DNA of 64,000 nt from an uncultured Dehalococcoidia bacterium (GCA_951813535.1 OX638345.1:1607158-1671157); one strand, 5' to 3'. Shown: positions 47,931 to 58,257, counted from the first letter of the stretch. Program-made: numbers and translations. The notes: a model not told the origin generated them from the letters alone.

Positions 47931-49952
47931 ATGGCGGATTACGACATTATCATCAGGAAGGGCACCATAGTAGACGGGACGCGGACGCCGCGGTACGTGA
48001 GCGACATTGCCATCAAGGACGGCAGGATCGCCAGGATTGGCGGGCTGAACGGCGGCACCGCCGACCGGGTGATTGACGCGGAAGGCCTGATTGTGGCGCC
48101 GGGGTTCGTTGACCTGCACACGCACTACGACGCCCAGATTTTCTGGGACCCCTACTGCACCCTGTCGGGCTGGCACGGCGTGACGTCCGTGGCCCTGGGC
48201 AACTGCGGGTTCGGCTTTGCGCCGTCGCGGGTGGAGGACCAGGACCGGGCGATGCTCAGCATGACCCGTAACGAGGCCATTCCCTACGACGCCATGAAGG
48301 AGGGGATGCCGTGGAACTGGGTGACTTTCCCCGATTTTATGGAAAGTCTCGGCAACACTCCCAAGGGGGTGAACTGCCTGACCTACGTGCCGCTGACGCC
48401 GCTCTACGCCTGGGTCATGGGTTGGGACGAGGCCAAGAACCGCCGCCCCACGGAGGACGAGCTGCAGGAAATGGTGCGTCTCATCCACGAGGCCATGGAC
48501 CACGGGGCGTGTGGCTGGTCGGCCCAGGTGCTGGGAGTGAACTCCGTGCAGCGGGACTACGACGGCACCCCGATGATTACCGATATGCTTTCCGAGCACG
48601 AGGTGCTGACCTTCGCCAAGGTGCTGGCCGACCGGGACGAGGGTTTCATCGAGTTGGCCTACCAGGAGACCGGCGAGGAAGGGCGGCCTTTGGGCGAAGG
48701 GGCTCGCCTGTTCTTTGAAAGGGTAGCCGAAGTCTCGAACCGTCCGGTGCTGTACCAGACGGTATCTCCCAACTCGGTACACCCCGAACAGCACCGCGAG
48801 CGCATCCGCTGGCTAGAGAGTTGCGCTGAGCGTGGCTTGCGGGTCTACGGGCAAGGCAATACCCGCCGCGGCGGATTCGAGCTCACCTTCGAAGACTGGA
48901 ATCTGTTCGACGACACTCCCATGTGGCGTGAGGTCACTCTGGGCGACAAGGCCACCAGGAAGGCCAAGATGTCCGATCCGGAGATGCGCCGGCGGCTGAA
49001 GGAAGAATGGGACTCGGGTCGCCGTCCCACCCAGGTGACGCCCGGCTCCGTGGGCAGCCTGCAGGTGATGACGCGCAAGGTGAAGATCGACATCGGCGCT
49101 GAGACCGACTTCGTCCGGATGCCCGCCAGGGTCAATGTCAGCGGGGCAGACTATTTCCTGGTCAACACCCGCGACGGCTACAAGCTGCTGTCGGTGGTCT
49201 GCCCGCACCAGGGCGGTTGCGTGGATGATGAAGGAGACAAGTTCGTCTGCGATACCCACGGCTACGAGTACGAGCATGACGGCGGACGTTGCATCACCAA
49301 CGGCGAGCTGCGCTTGAAGTCCTTCGTCGTCAACGTCGTCGATGGGCGCATGATTGCTCTGGCGCCGGACGAGACCGAGACTTCCAGCCCGCAGGCCGGA
49401 CTGACCGTTCAGCAAATCGCCGACGAGCAGGGCAAGCATGTTATCGACGCGCTGCTGGACATGTGCGTGGAAGACGACCTGGCGACGGAGTTCTACGCCG
49501 ACACCCAGGGGCGCGACGTGGCGCAATACACGGCGGAGGTGCTGGATTCCAACCACGTCGTCGCCGGTGTTTCCGACGGCGGCGCGCACGTCAAGTTCCT
49601 GACTGCCGGCATCTATCCGACGGACATGCTGGCCTGGCTGGTGCGAGACGAGCAGGTCATCACCCTGGAGGACGCCCACTTCAAGCTATCATATCTGCCG
49701 GCCCACTTCGGCGGATTCCAGGACCGGGGAGCGTTGCGTGAGGGCGCCCCAGCGGACATGGTCGTCTATGATCTGGAGAAGCTGGAAGTGCTGCCTTCCG
49801 AGGTGGCCGAGGACCTGCCCGGCGGCGAGTGGCGCCGCATCCAGAAGGCCAAGGGCTACCGCTGGACACTGGTGAACGGCGAAATCACCTTTGAGGACGG
49901 CGAGCCCACTGGAGCAATGCCCGGACGCCTATTGCGGAACGGCCGGGGGTAG
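47931..49952 (+). CDS. D-aminoacylase-family amidohydrolase with an internal Rieske [2Fe-2S]-like insert
   Basis: AAGGAGGAGCTG precedes the ATG. Family motifs: DIIIRKGTIVDG, APGFVDLHTHYD, GNCGFGFAP, SDGGAHVKF, ADMVVYD. The insert at ~49060-49370 contains CPHQGGC...x14...CDTHGYEY. Confidence 0.8.
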   Translation: MADYDIIIRKGTIVDGTRTPRYVSDIAIKDGRIARIGGLNGGTADRVIDAEGLIVAPGFVDLHTHYDAQIFWDPYCTLSGWHGVTSVALGNCGFGFAPSRVEDQDRAMLSMTRNEAIPYDAMKEGMPWNWVTFPDFMESLGNTPKGVNCLTYVPLTPLYAWVMGWDEAKNRRPTEDELQEMVRLIHEAMDHGACGWSAQVLGVNSVQRDYDGTPMITDMLSEHEVLTFAKVLADRDEGFIELAYQETGEEGRPLGEGARLFFERVAEVSNRPVLYQTVSPNSVHPEQHRERIRWLESCAERGLRVYGQGNTRRGGFELTFEDWNLFDDTPMWREVTLGDKATRKAKMSDPEMRRRLKEEWDSGRRPTQVTPGSVGSLQVMTRKVKIDIGAETDFVRMPARVNVSGADYFLVNTRDGYKLLSVVCPHQGGCVDDEGDKFVCDTHGYEYEHDGGRCITNGELRLKSFVVNVVDGRMIALAPDETETSSPQAGLTVQQIADEQGKHVIDALLDMCVEDDLATEFYADTQGRDVAQYTAEVLDSNHVVAGVSDGGAHVKFLTAGIYPTDMLAWLVRDEQVITLEDAHFKLSYLPAHFGGFQDRGALREGAPADMVVYDLEKLEVLPSEVAEDLPGGEWRRIQKAKGYRWTLVNGEITFEDGEPTGAMPGRLLRNGRG

Positions 49953-49972
49953 GTCGTTGCCAGCGGAGCATA

Positions 49973-49994
49973 GGGGCGAAATGCCATTCGCCCC
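49973..49994 (+). terminator. Hairpin 20 nt after the aminoacylase stop
   Basis: GGGGCGAA-atgcca-TTCGCCCC (8-bp stem). The trailing sequence GTCTCCGTTGTGG is only weakly T-rich. Confidence 0.3.
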
Positions 49995-50029
49995 GTCTCC
50001 GTTGTGGCCACAAGGCGCCAATTGGACCA

Positions 50030-50062
50030 AGAGCCTATCCCAAAAACCACAGGATAGGCTCT
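50030..50062. repeat. 11-bp-stem hairpin (REP-like or terminator)
   Basis: AGAGCCTATCC-caaaaaccaca-GGATAGGCTCT. No U-tract on either strand. Confidence 0.4.
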
Positions 50063-50481
50063 AAGCCCAACCCGCAGTCGTCGCGCGGTCGCATAGCACT
50101 TCCCGGATAGTCTACCGACGATGAAATCGAGGAGGCAGCACTCAACCAGATCGACAACCCATCCAAAGTGATGGGGCTGGACTTTGGCGGCTTCCATGAC
50201 TGCCTCGCTGCCGGCTCCGCCGCTCTCCGGACCCTCGGGGCCGTCCGGGCCGCTCTCGCCGCCGGCCTGGCCGCCCTCGGCTCCGCTGCCCACCTCGGCA
50301 TGGGCGATCCAACCAGTGAAGGATGCCGGCGTCGACGGCAGGTTCACCGAGGCAACCTTGCCCGGGGCGAGATCTATTGGCGTGGTCGGTCCAAGCTCGG
50401 TGCCGTCGGACCGGTGAACTTCAATCCTGACCTGACCCAGAACGTTGCCGGTGGTGTTCTCCGCCGTGGCCCGTCCTCCCG

Positions 50482-50841
50482 GTGGACTCGCATTCCGTGG
50501 ACAGGTGGCACGCCACGGATATCCCCGTGCGGGACATTCACGAGTTGGCCGCGGGCAAGCTGGGCGCTCTGCTGAGCCGTCGCCGGGCCAGAAACCTGTT
50601 TGATTGCCGTCAACTGCTCCTGATCATCGCCATCGACCTGTCCCGGCTGAGGACGGCCTTCGTCGTCTACGGTGCGATGAAACAGCGGGACTGGCGCACG
50701 CTCACCGTTGACGGCGTGGCTTCAACCCGCGGGAACTTTCCCGCCAGAAGATACCGCCGCCCTGCTGGCTCCAATAACCCGCGCTTTGGACATCGGGCTG
50801 TACGTTGGACCCACACCGGCGCTGGATCACATCAAGGATGA
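50482..50841 (+). pseudogene. AbiEii/AbiGii-type nucleotidyltransferase toxin fragment
   Basis: RDIHELAAGKLGALLSRRRARNLFDCRQLL resembles the conserved E..aEKl.Al..R...RDlyDl block. No N-terminal catalytic part is visible and the surrounding frames are broken. Confidence 0.4.
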
Positions 50842-50988
50842 CCTGCTGGCGACCATTCTGAACTGACCGGCGCGTTTTCGAACTGGATACCCGACTCTAT
50901 GGATGCAAATTTAACGTAATGACCCTGTTGGGCGAACCAACGAGAGTATCAATAAGGCGGAGGACGCCGGAAGGATGCCCAAATCGGT

Positions 50989-51265
50989 GTAACTGTTCAG
51001 ACTTGCTGAAGTAAATTGCCCGAAGGCGGGCCCAGACGCTGGCACGGGTGGCGGTGGTTACGCGATATCGAGGGAGTGGATACTGAGAGCGACCGGACCA
51101 CCGCCAGTCGCGATGTTCTCATCGCCATCATCGTGCAGCATCGGGCGGTCATTGCCGAGTTGCAGGTCATGATTGTACGGCTGGAGCGGCAGGGTCGGGG
51201 CAGGGCCGTGGTGGACGAGGCGCTGGGCCAGTCGTTTTCCGGAGCGTTGGTCAGCGATTGCTACG
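50989..51265 (+). pseudogene. IS66-family relic with internal deletion
   Basis: Begins with the same terminus GTAACTGTTCAG as the relic at 28107. RDVLIAIIVQHRAVIAELQVMIVRLE is joined directly to GRGRAVVDEALGQSFSGALVSDCYA; in the other copy these blocks are hundreds of codons apart. Confidence 0.6.
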
Positions 51266-51553
51266 CCAAGGACATACTCAGATCTCCTTGGCACGGTCTG
51301 CATTCAGCGGCAAAAAAGGCCAAGCTGCGAAACACGGCTTATCCAGTTGCAGTTGTGGCCAGCGGGATTCTATGCGAGACCTGCCACCGGGCCCACTCGT
51401 TAGCCTGACCCCGGGCAAATTGATTTGCCTGGGGCTCATTTCAGAACAGTATCGGTAATTAGCCTTCCTGGTGTTTCGGGAATCCGCATCTACCACATTG
51501 GGTTAGAATGAGGCGAGTTAACCCTAAGACAGCCATAGCCGGGAGGTGATTCC

Positions 51554-54229
51554 ATGGTGCAGGGCGGAGCAGAAGCGCCAACTACACCGGGAGCTTTGTC
51601 AGGAATCCGAGTGTTGGACTTCACCTGGGTCCGGGCGGGTCCCTGGTGCACCCGATGGCTGGGCGCGCTGGGAGCCGAGGTTATCAAGGTTGAGTGGCCC
51701 CGGAGACCCAATACTCGGGGCGACAACATTGCAACGGGAGCGGGTACCCCCGAGGGCTTTCCCGCCAATCTCAACACCAACGGCCATTTCAGCGACACCA
51801 ACTCCAACAAGCTGAGCGTCACCCTGAACACTCGTACCGCCCGCGGCATTGACCTTACCCGGCGCCTGGTGGCCATGTCCGACATCGTCATCGAGAACTT
51901 CGCCTACGGTGTATTGGAGCGGTGGGGTCTGGGCTACGAGGATATGATGAAGCTCCGGCCCGACATCATTTACCTCTCCATGTCCGGCTTCGGCCACACG
52001 GGACGGGACCGGGACTATCAAACGATGGGAGCCATTGCGCAAGCCCTGTCCGGTATGACCTACACTTCGGGCCTCCCGGACAAACCGCCCGCCGGTTGGG
52101 GCTGGTCCTACCTGGACGACACCGGTGGCCTATACGGGGCCATGTACGCTCTGAGTGCGATTTACCATCGCAACATGACCGGTCAGGGACAGCATGTCGA
52201 CAGTTCCCAGTGGATCCTCGGCGTCCCCCTCAACGGTCCCGCTTTTCTGGACATCCAGGCCAACGGTCGTTCCACCATGCGAGAGGGTTACCCGCCGGGC
52301 AACCGCGCTCACTGGCCTGGCACGCCCCTGGTGGACAACTACCGGGGGCGGTCCGGGGCGCCGCACAACGCTTACAGGACCAGTCCGGCGGAGCACAACG
52401 ACTGGTGCGCCATAGCCTGCTTCTCCGACCATGAGTGGCGGAAGTTGGTGGAGGTAATGGGCTCTCCCAGCTGGGCCACCGGCGAGAAGTTTGCCACCCT
52501 TGAAGTTCGCCTGGAGCATCAGGAAGAGATGGACCAGGGGATAGAGGCGTGGACCAGGACCTTGGGCAAATACGAGATCATGGAGCGGTGCCAGGCGGCG
52601 GGAGTACCCGCCATGCCCGTTCAAAGCAGCCAGGACCGGGTGGAAAACGATCCTCAGCTCAGGCATCGAGAGATTTACCGGGACATGAAGCATCCCGCGC
52701 TGGGGACCTGGCCCCTGCAGAACGCTCCCTTCCGGATGTCGGAGACGCCTGCAATCAACAGCCGGTCAGGTCCCCTGATCGGCGGGCACAACAAAGAGGT
52801 GTTTCAGGGGTTGTTGGGCATCAGTCACGAAGAGCTGGTGAGCGGCTTCGCCGACGGCGCCTTCTGGCCAACGGACCTCAGTATGGAGGATTATCCCTAC
52901 CTGAAGGAGATGATGGAGGATGCCTCACCCGTACAGTGGAGTGGGAATGCGCCGATAGCGAATCCCGCTCCGGCGCCGGCGGGGACGCCGGACCCGAACT
53001 CGGCCGGGGCCTTTGGGGGGCTGCGGGTGCTGGAGCTATCTGATGAGAAGGGGCAGTGGTGTGGCAAGCAGATGGCTGACATGGGAGCAGACGTTATCAA
53101 GATCGAGCCGCCCGGTGGCGAGGCAGCCCGGACCGTGGGGCCGTTCTCCCAGGACATACCGAATCCGGAGAGGAGCCTTTACTTCTGGCATTACAACACC
53201 TCCAAGCGGGGGGTTACCCTGAATCTGGAGACGGAGGACGGGCGCCGGCTGTTCCGGCAAATGGCGGAGAAGGCGGATGTGGTACTGGAGACCTTCAGGC
53301 CCGGTTATCTGGCCTCCCTGGGGCTGGGGTACGAAGATCTGGCAACGCGCAACCCAGGGCTGATCATGTGCTCACTGACCCCCTTTGGGCAGACCGGGCC
53401 GTGGCAGGGCTTCCAGACCAGCGACCTGCTGCATCTGGCGGCGGGCGGGCAGATGGCCAGGTGTGGCTATGACGACGAAGTGGTGCCAGGCGCGCCGCCC
53501 ATCGCTCCCGGGGGAGGGCAGGCCTGGCACATCGGAAGTCACTACGCCTACATCGCCATCACCGCGGCGCTGGTCAACCGGTCGGTGACGGCCCGGGGGC
53601 AGTACATAGATGCCTCGGTGCATGATGCCTGCGCGCTCACGACCGAGGGCCATGTGAACCAGTACATTTACAAAGGCGATGTGGTTCCTCGTAGAACAGG
53701 TGGAGGGAATGCCGCCACTGGTCCCAACGCCCAGGTCATCTGCAAGGATGGCAAATACGTGAATGTCGGCCAGATCACCCCGGAGCGGGTGCTGACGCTT
53801 GCCCCGTGGATGGATGAGCATGGCCTGGCTGGCGACCTGCTGGACGAAAAGTACCAGGACCCAACGGTCGTCGCCGAGAGCCAGTCGCACATTCGCGGGA
53901 TTTTTGTGAACTTCCTCGCCAACATCCCACGGGACGAGGCCTACCACGGTTTGCAGAAGCGCAGCTCCAACACAGGGGCGATCCGTTCCCCGGACGAGGT
54001 CATGGAGGACCCTCACCTGGAGGACCGAGGATTCTGGGCAGATGTGGAATACCCGGAACTTGGCCAGACATTGCGACACCCGGGCCCCGGGGCCATCTTC
54101 AACGGCTCACCCTGGAGGATATCCCGGCGTGCGCCTCTCATCGGGGAGCACAACGAAGAGGTCCTGTGCGAGGAGTTGGGACTATCCAGGGCGGAGTTGG
54201 CCGCCCTGGCTGAGGGAGGTTCGGTGTAA
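51554..54229 (+). CDS. Tandem-duplicated family III (CaiB/BaiF) CoA-transferase
   Basis: GGGAGGTGATTCC precedes the ATG. There are two complete modules: LSGIRVLDFTWVRAGPWCTRWLGALGAEVIKVE and, after a Pro/Ala linker, FGGLRVLELSDEKGQWCGKQMADMGADVIKIE. 891 aa, about twice the usual size. Confidence 0.85.
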   Translation: MVQGGAEAPTTPGALSGIRVLDFTWVRAGPWCTRWLGALGAEVIKVEWPRRPNTRGDNIATGAGTPEGFPANLNTNGHFSDTNSNKLSVTLNTRTARGIDLTRRLVAMSDIVIENFAYGVLERWGLGYEDMMKLRPDIIYLSMSGFGHTGRDRDYQTMGAIAQALSGMTYTSGLPDKPPAGWGWSYLDDTGGLYGAMYALSAIYHRNMTGQGQHVDSSQWILGVPLNGPAFLDIQANGRSTMREGYPPGNRAHWPGTPLVDNYRGRSGAPHNAYRTSPAEHNDWCAIACFSDHEWRKLVEVMGSPSWATGEKFATLEVRLEHQEEMDQGIEAWTRTLGKYEIMERCQAAGVPAMPVQSSQDRVENDPQLRHREIYRDMKHPALGTWPLQNAPFRMSETPAINSRSGPLIGGHNKEVFQGLLGISHEELVSGFADGAFWPTDLSMEDYPYLKEMMEDASPVQWSGNAPIANPAPAPAGTPDPNSAGAFGGLRVLELSDEKGQWCGKQMADMGADVIKIEPPGGEAARTVGPFSQDIPNPERSLYFWHYNTSKRGVTLNLETEDGRRLFRQMAEKADVVLETFRPGYLASLGLGYEDLATRNPGLIMCSLTPFGQTGPWQGFQTSDLLHLAAGGQMARCGYDDEVVPGAPPIAPGGGQAWHIGSHYAYIAITAALVNRSVTARGQYIDASVHDACALTTEGHVNQYIYKGDVVPRRTGGGNAATGPNAQVICKDGKYVNVGQITPERVLTLAPWMDEHGLAGDLLDEKYQDPTVVAESQSHIRGIFVNFLANIPRDEAYHGLQKRSSNTGAIRSPDEVMEDPHLEDRGFWADVEYPELGQTLRHPGPGAIFNGSPWRISRRAPLIGEHNEEVLCEELGLSRAELAALAEGGSV

Positions 54230-54528
54230 CCCCGGTTTTCCTGCCGCAGTTGGAACCCGGTTCCGTGTCGCTTCAGCCCACAGCCCCTGACCGGCTGATG
54301 AACGAAGGTGTTCACGTCCGAAACCGACGGGTCAGGTGATTGATGCCCGGGTCCTGTTGGAGGAAATGGCGCCGTTCACACGTGACTTTCAGCCCCTTCG
54401 GCTTCGCGGACCGGCCTCTTGGGGGCGCCGGGCATAGCAGGGCCCAGCTAGCCCTGTCAACGATCGGCTCACCCATCACACCCGTTATGTTAGACGGACG
54501 CCAACGGTTTAATGTGACCGCCACGGTC

Positions 54529-55400
54529 TCAGCTGGACTTTGTACGTTCAAGCGGCGTAGGCGAGGGAATCGATAAGCCGGGCGTATAAGTCTGGAACGG
54601 GTTTTCCCGGTCGTCTTCCGGCGGCGACATAGAAAAACTCTGGGACGCCAGCCACAGGCGACGTCGCACCAGGGCGATGGCATCCACGAAGGTAGGCGAC
54701 GGCTTGTCGTACCAAGCGGCCGTGCGCTGGGTGATGGGGCTCTCCTGCTGCAACGAGTGGGACACCAGGGCGATCCAGGAAAACAGACCCATCAGGATGG
54801 GCGTAGTGCGGGCGATGGCGCGATCTGACCATTGGCGCTGAGTTTCCACGCCCAGGTGAGCCCGCACTTCCTGGTAGGTAACTTCCAGTTGCCAACGCGG
54901 CACAAACCACTGGAGGATCTGGACTGAGTTGACCGATTGATCCGTGCAGAGCAGAGCCCGGGCGTCCAGTTCACCATCGGGGTCTCGGACCAGCACCCAC
55001 CTGATGGGCACGGGCGGTTTGCCGTGATGGTACCAAAGGGCGGTCTGGGAAGACAGTTCCAGAGTGCGGACGGCGCCGTCATACCAGGACACAGACACGG
55101 TGTCCCAAGGCAGGTCAGGATCGTCAAGGCGTTGCTTGAGGGTGGGTTGACGTGATCCCTTCACCCGGGGTCGGCCAGTTTGACCCGGTTGACGGGGCGG
55201 CGCGGGATCGTAGAGACCGGCGTCCAGGCGCAGCCTGGTGATGAGAGTTACCGGTTCACGGAGGGACTGGCAGCAGTGGAGCAGGTCGAGGACGACGTAG
55301 CCGCTGTCGCCCACCACCACCAGAGGCCGATGCGGCAGCCAGCGGCGCAACTGCAGGATCATCTGGCGCGCCCAGTCAGTGACCTTCTTGTGGCGGCGTC
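54529..55400 (-). pseudogene. IS701/IS4-superfamily DDE transposase, C-terminal part (split by IS21 copy 2)
   Basis: VVVGDSGYVV, ALLCTDQS and FVPRWQLEVTYQEVRAHLGVETQRQWS are typical IS701-type blocks. The frame joins 57956-58257 once IS21 and one copy of CGGCGTC are removed (KRGRR-HKKVTDW). Confidence 0.7.
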
Positions 55401-55534
55401 TGTTGTTGTTCAGGGACTATAGGCCAGTAAATCAGGAGATTTTCAGGGTATTCCTACCAGATTTTCAGGGTCATTAGGCCACTTTGGGAGCCACATGGGC
55501 GACCATCGCCGCACTTCAGAGCCGAGGTGCAGCG

Positions 55535-57097
55535 ATGGCGTACCGGGAGGTTCCCAGGATGGAAATACAGGAGATCATTCGCCGCTGGCAGGCGGGAGGC
55601 AGCCTGCGCCGGATTGCGGTGGGCACAGGGTTGTCGCGCGACACGGTAGCCAGGTACGTGGCGGCGGCCAGGACCGCGGGCATTGCCCAGGACGGCCCAG
55701 TCGCCACCGAGGAGCAGTTGAGCCGGTTGGCGGCCATGGGTCAAGTGGGGCCGCGGCGGGTAGAGATGCCCAGCCAGGACCTGCTGGAGCCCTGGGCGGA
55801 CCAGATTTACCAGTGGCTCACCGGCGACCGGCTGTTACTCACCCGAATTCACGAGTTGCTGACGGCGCGCGGCTGTCACGTGTCGTATTCGTCGTTGCGG
55901 CGTTTCATCGTGAAGCGCAACTGGGGACGGCGCAGCGTCCGCACGGTGCGGATGGCCGACACTGCGGCCGGTGAGGTGGCCGAGGTGGACTTCGGCCGGT
56001 TGGGGATGATCACCGATCCTGCCACGGGCAAGCGCAGGGTGGTGTGGGCGCTGATCATCGTGCTGTCGTACTCACGACATTGCTTCGTCTGGCCGACGCA
56101 CAGCCAGAAGCTGGAGGACGTGATCGCCGGCCTGGAAGCGGCGTGGGCGTTCTTCGGCGGTGTGCCCCGGTACCTGGTCATCGACAATTTCCCGGCGGCG
56201 GTGGCGGGACCGGACCCGTTGCATCCCCGGCTGACCCGGGGCTTTCTGGAATACTCCCAGCATCGTGGTTTCGTCGCCGATCCGGCCCGGGTCCGTCATC
56301 CCAAGGACAAGCCCAAGGTGGAGAGGAGCGTGTCCTACGTCAGGGAGCGTTTATTCAAGGGCGGCGATTTCCATGGTCTGGTCCACCTGCGCAATGAAGC
56401 CCAGCGCTGGTGTTTGGAGGTGGCTGGTCAGCGCATCCACGGCACCATCCGCCGGCAGCCCCTGGTGGTTTTTCAGGATGAAGAGCGTCATGCTCTCCTG
56501 CCCTGGGATGGCGAGCCCTACGAAATCACCCACTGGCGCGCCGCCAAGGTCCATCCCGATCATCACGTGGCCTGCCAGTACGCGCTTTACTCAGTGCCGT
56601 CATCGTCCTGCCCACCGGGACAGAAGGTGGAAATCAGGCTGGACAGCAAGCTGGTGCGCATCTACCACCGGGGCAAGCTCCTCAAGGTCCACCAGCGTCA
56701 GCCCAGGGGCGGCCGCGCCACCGACCCAGATGATTATCCGGCCGAACTCACCGCCTACACCATGAAAGCGCCCGAGCGCATCAAGCGCAGCGCCGCTCTG
56801 CTGGGTCCGTCGGTGGCCGAATTCGCCGAACGTCTCTTCGACGACCAGCATCCCTGGTCGAAGATCAGACAGGGGCACAAGCTCGTCCGTCTTGGGGAAC
56901 GCTACACCGCTGAGCGTCTTGATGCCGCCTGCCAGCGTGCCCTGGCTGTCGACCTCATCGACGTGAACCGGGTGGAACGCATCCTGGTGCAAGCCCTGGA
57001 GCAGGATGCTCTGCCTCAATTGCCATTGGCTTTGCCGCCGGGTCGTTTCGCCCGACCCGGCTCCGTCTTCGCCCTTGCCGCTGGAGGTCGATCATGA
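55535..57097 (+). CDS. istA: IS21 transposase IstA
   Basis: MAYREVPRMEIQEIIRRWQAG. Roughly 70 percent identical by eye to copy 1. Overlaps istB by ATGA. Confidence 0.9.
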   Translation: MAYREVPRMEIQEIIRRWQAGGSLRRIAVGTGLSRDTVARYVAAARTAGIAQDGPVATEEQLSRLAAMGQVGPRRVEMPSQDLLEPWADQIYQWLTGDRLLLTRIHELLTARGCHVSYSSLRRFIVKRNWGRRSVRTVRMADTAAGEVAEVDFGRLGMITDPATGKRRVVWALIIVLSYSRHCFVWPTHSQKLEDVIAGLEAAWAFFGGVPRYLVIDNFPAAVAGPDPLHPRLTRGFLEYSQHRGFVADPARVRHPKDKPKVERSVSYVRERLFKGGDFHGLVHLRNEAQRWCLEVAGQRIHGTIRRQPLVVFQDEERHALLPWDGEPYEITHWRAAKVHPDHHVACQYALYSVPSSSCPPGQKVEIRLDSKLVRIYHRGKLLKVHQRQPRGGRATDPDDYPAELTAYTMKAPERIKRSAALLGPSVAEFAERLFDDQHPWSKIRQGHKLVRLGERYTAERLDAACQRALAVDLIDVNRVERILVQALEQDALPQLPLALPPGRFARPGSVFALAAGGRS

Positions 57098-57858
57098 CCC
57101 GCATCACCGAACTCACACCCCTGCTCAAGCGGCTCCAACTGGGCCCCATGGCCGCCACCCTGCCCGAACGCATCGCCCTGGCCCGCAGGGAACAGCTGGA
57201 CTATGCCTCCTTCCTGGAGATCATCCTCAGCGACGAGGTCAACCGTCGCGCCCAACGCCGCATCGAACTCCGGCTGCAGGGCGCCGGTTTCGAGGAGACC
57301 TGCCGGCTGGAGGACTTCGACTGGTCGGCGTCCATTACTCTGGACCGCCGATTGCTGGACGCCGTCTTTTCCCTGGAGTTTCTGGACAAGCACGAGCACG
57401 TGTTGCTGGTGGGACCCGCTGGCGTCGGCAAGAGCTTTCTGGCTCAGGCCCTGGGCTACTCGGCCGTCCGCGCCGGACACACCGTGCGCTTCAGCCACGC
57501 CGACGACTTCTTCAAGGCCATGGCCCAGGCTCGGGTCGACAACTCGGTGGACCGCGCCTTCCGGTCATTCCTCACCCCCGACCTGCTCATCCTCGACGAT
57601 CTCGGCCTGCATCGGCTCACCCCACAGCAGTCCGCCGATCTCTACGAACTGATCCTCAATCGCCATCGGGCGTCCAGCTTCGTCATCACCAGCAACCGGG
57701 CCGTGGACGAATGGCTCACTCTCTTCGATGATCCCATCCTCGGCAACAGCGCACTGGATCGCCTGGCCAACGCCAGCTACCAGATCGTCATCGAGGGAAC
57801 CAGCTACCGGGAACGGCTGTCCCCACACCGCGCCCTGCTGGGCCAAGGGGGTGATTGA
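57094..57858 (+). CDS. istB: IS21 helper ATPase IstB
   Basis: MTRITELTPLLKRLQLG, with LLVGPAGVGKSFLAQALG. Confidence 0.9.
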   Translation: MTRITELTPLLKRLQLGPMAATLPERIALARREQLDYASFLEIILSDEVNRRAQRRIELRLQGAGFEETCRLEDFDWSASITLDRRLLDAVFSLEFLDKHEHVLLVGPAGVGKSFLAQALGYSAVRAGHTVRFSHADDFFKAMAQARVDNSVDRAFRSFLTPDLLILDDLGLHRLTPQQSADLYELILNRHRASSFVITSNRAVDEWLTLFDDPILGNSALDRLANASYQIVIEGTSYRERLSPHRALLGQGGD

Positions 57859-57955
57859 CCAAACTACGGCAACCTGATATTCGTCAGACCACGCCGCTCC
57901 CAGGGTGGCCGGATGTCCGTGAAAATCGCCGGCCTAAAGACCCTGAAAAACCACA

Positions 57956-58257
57956 CCGGCGTCCCCGCTTTTGGTGATAGCGTTCCGATGGCGCCAGCAC
58001 GGTGAGGAAGGGCAGGGCCCAGTAGCGACCGGCCCCGGGGATGTGTCCCAGCCACATCAGTGAGACCCAGCGCAAACCACTGGCCTTAACCGTATAGCTG
58101 CGGCTGGAACGCACGCCATCTCGGTAGACCCCTAGGGCATTGATCTTTGGACCTTGCCGCCGCTCCAGTGTTTCGTCGATACCGAACACCAGGGGGCCGT
58201 CGCCATGGTCGAGATGCCCGATCAGCAGCCGGAGCAAAACTTGGGGCGCTCCAAGCT
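57956..58257 (-). pseudogene. IS701-like transposase, N-proximal part, itself truncated by the IS110-like relic
   Basis: LVFGIDETLERRQGPKINALGVYRD...PFLTVLAPSERYHQKRGRR. The upstream frame runs into the IS110-like end at 58258. Confidence 0.6.

Larger units (their letters stand above)
55401..57955 (+). mobile_element. IS21-family element, copy 2, with target duplication
   Basis: Ends are TGTTGTTGTTCAGGGACTATAGGCC and, in rc, TGTGGTTTTTCAGGGTCTTTAGGCC, with reiterated TTTTCAGGGT subterminal repeats. CGGCGTC is present at 55394-55400 and 57957-57963. Confidence 0.85.

Noticed and set aside
47883-49679. 303-aa and 288-aa minus-strand ORFs
   Set aside because: They are antisense to the D-aminoacylase-family gene, which carries clear family motifs in the plus frame.
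49856-50480. 163-aa minus-strand ORF and neighbouring fragments after the aminoacylase gene
   Set aside because: Part of it reads like a beta-rich secreted-domain fragment (NVLGQVRIEVHRSDGTELGPTTPIDLAPGKVASVNLP), followed by a Gly/Glu-rich tract. It has no start context or recognisable family and is probably another gene remnant, so it was left unannotated.
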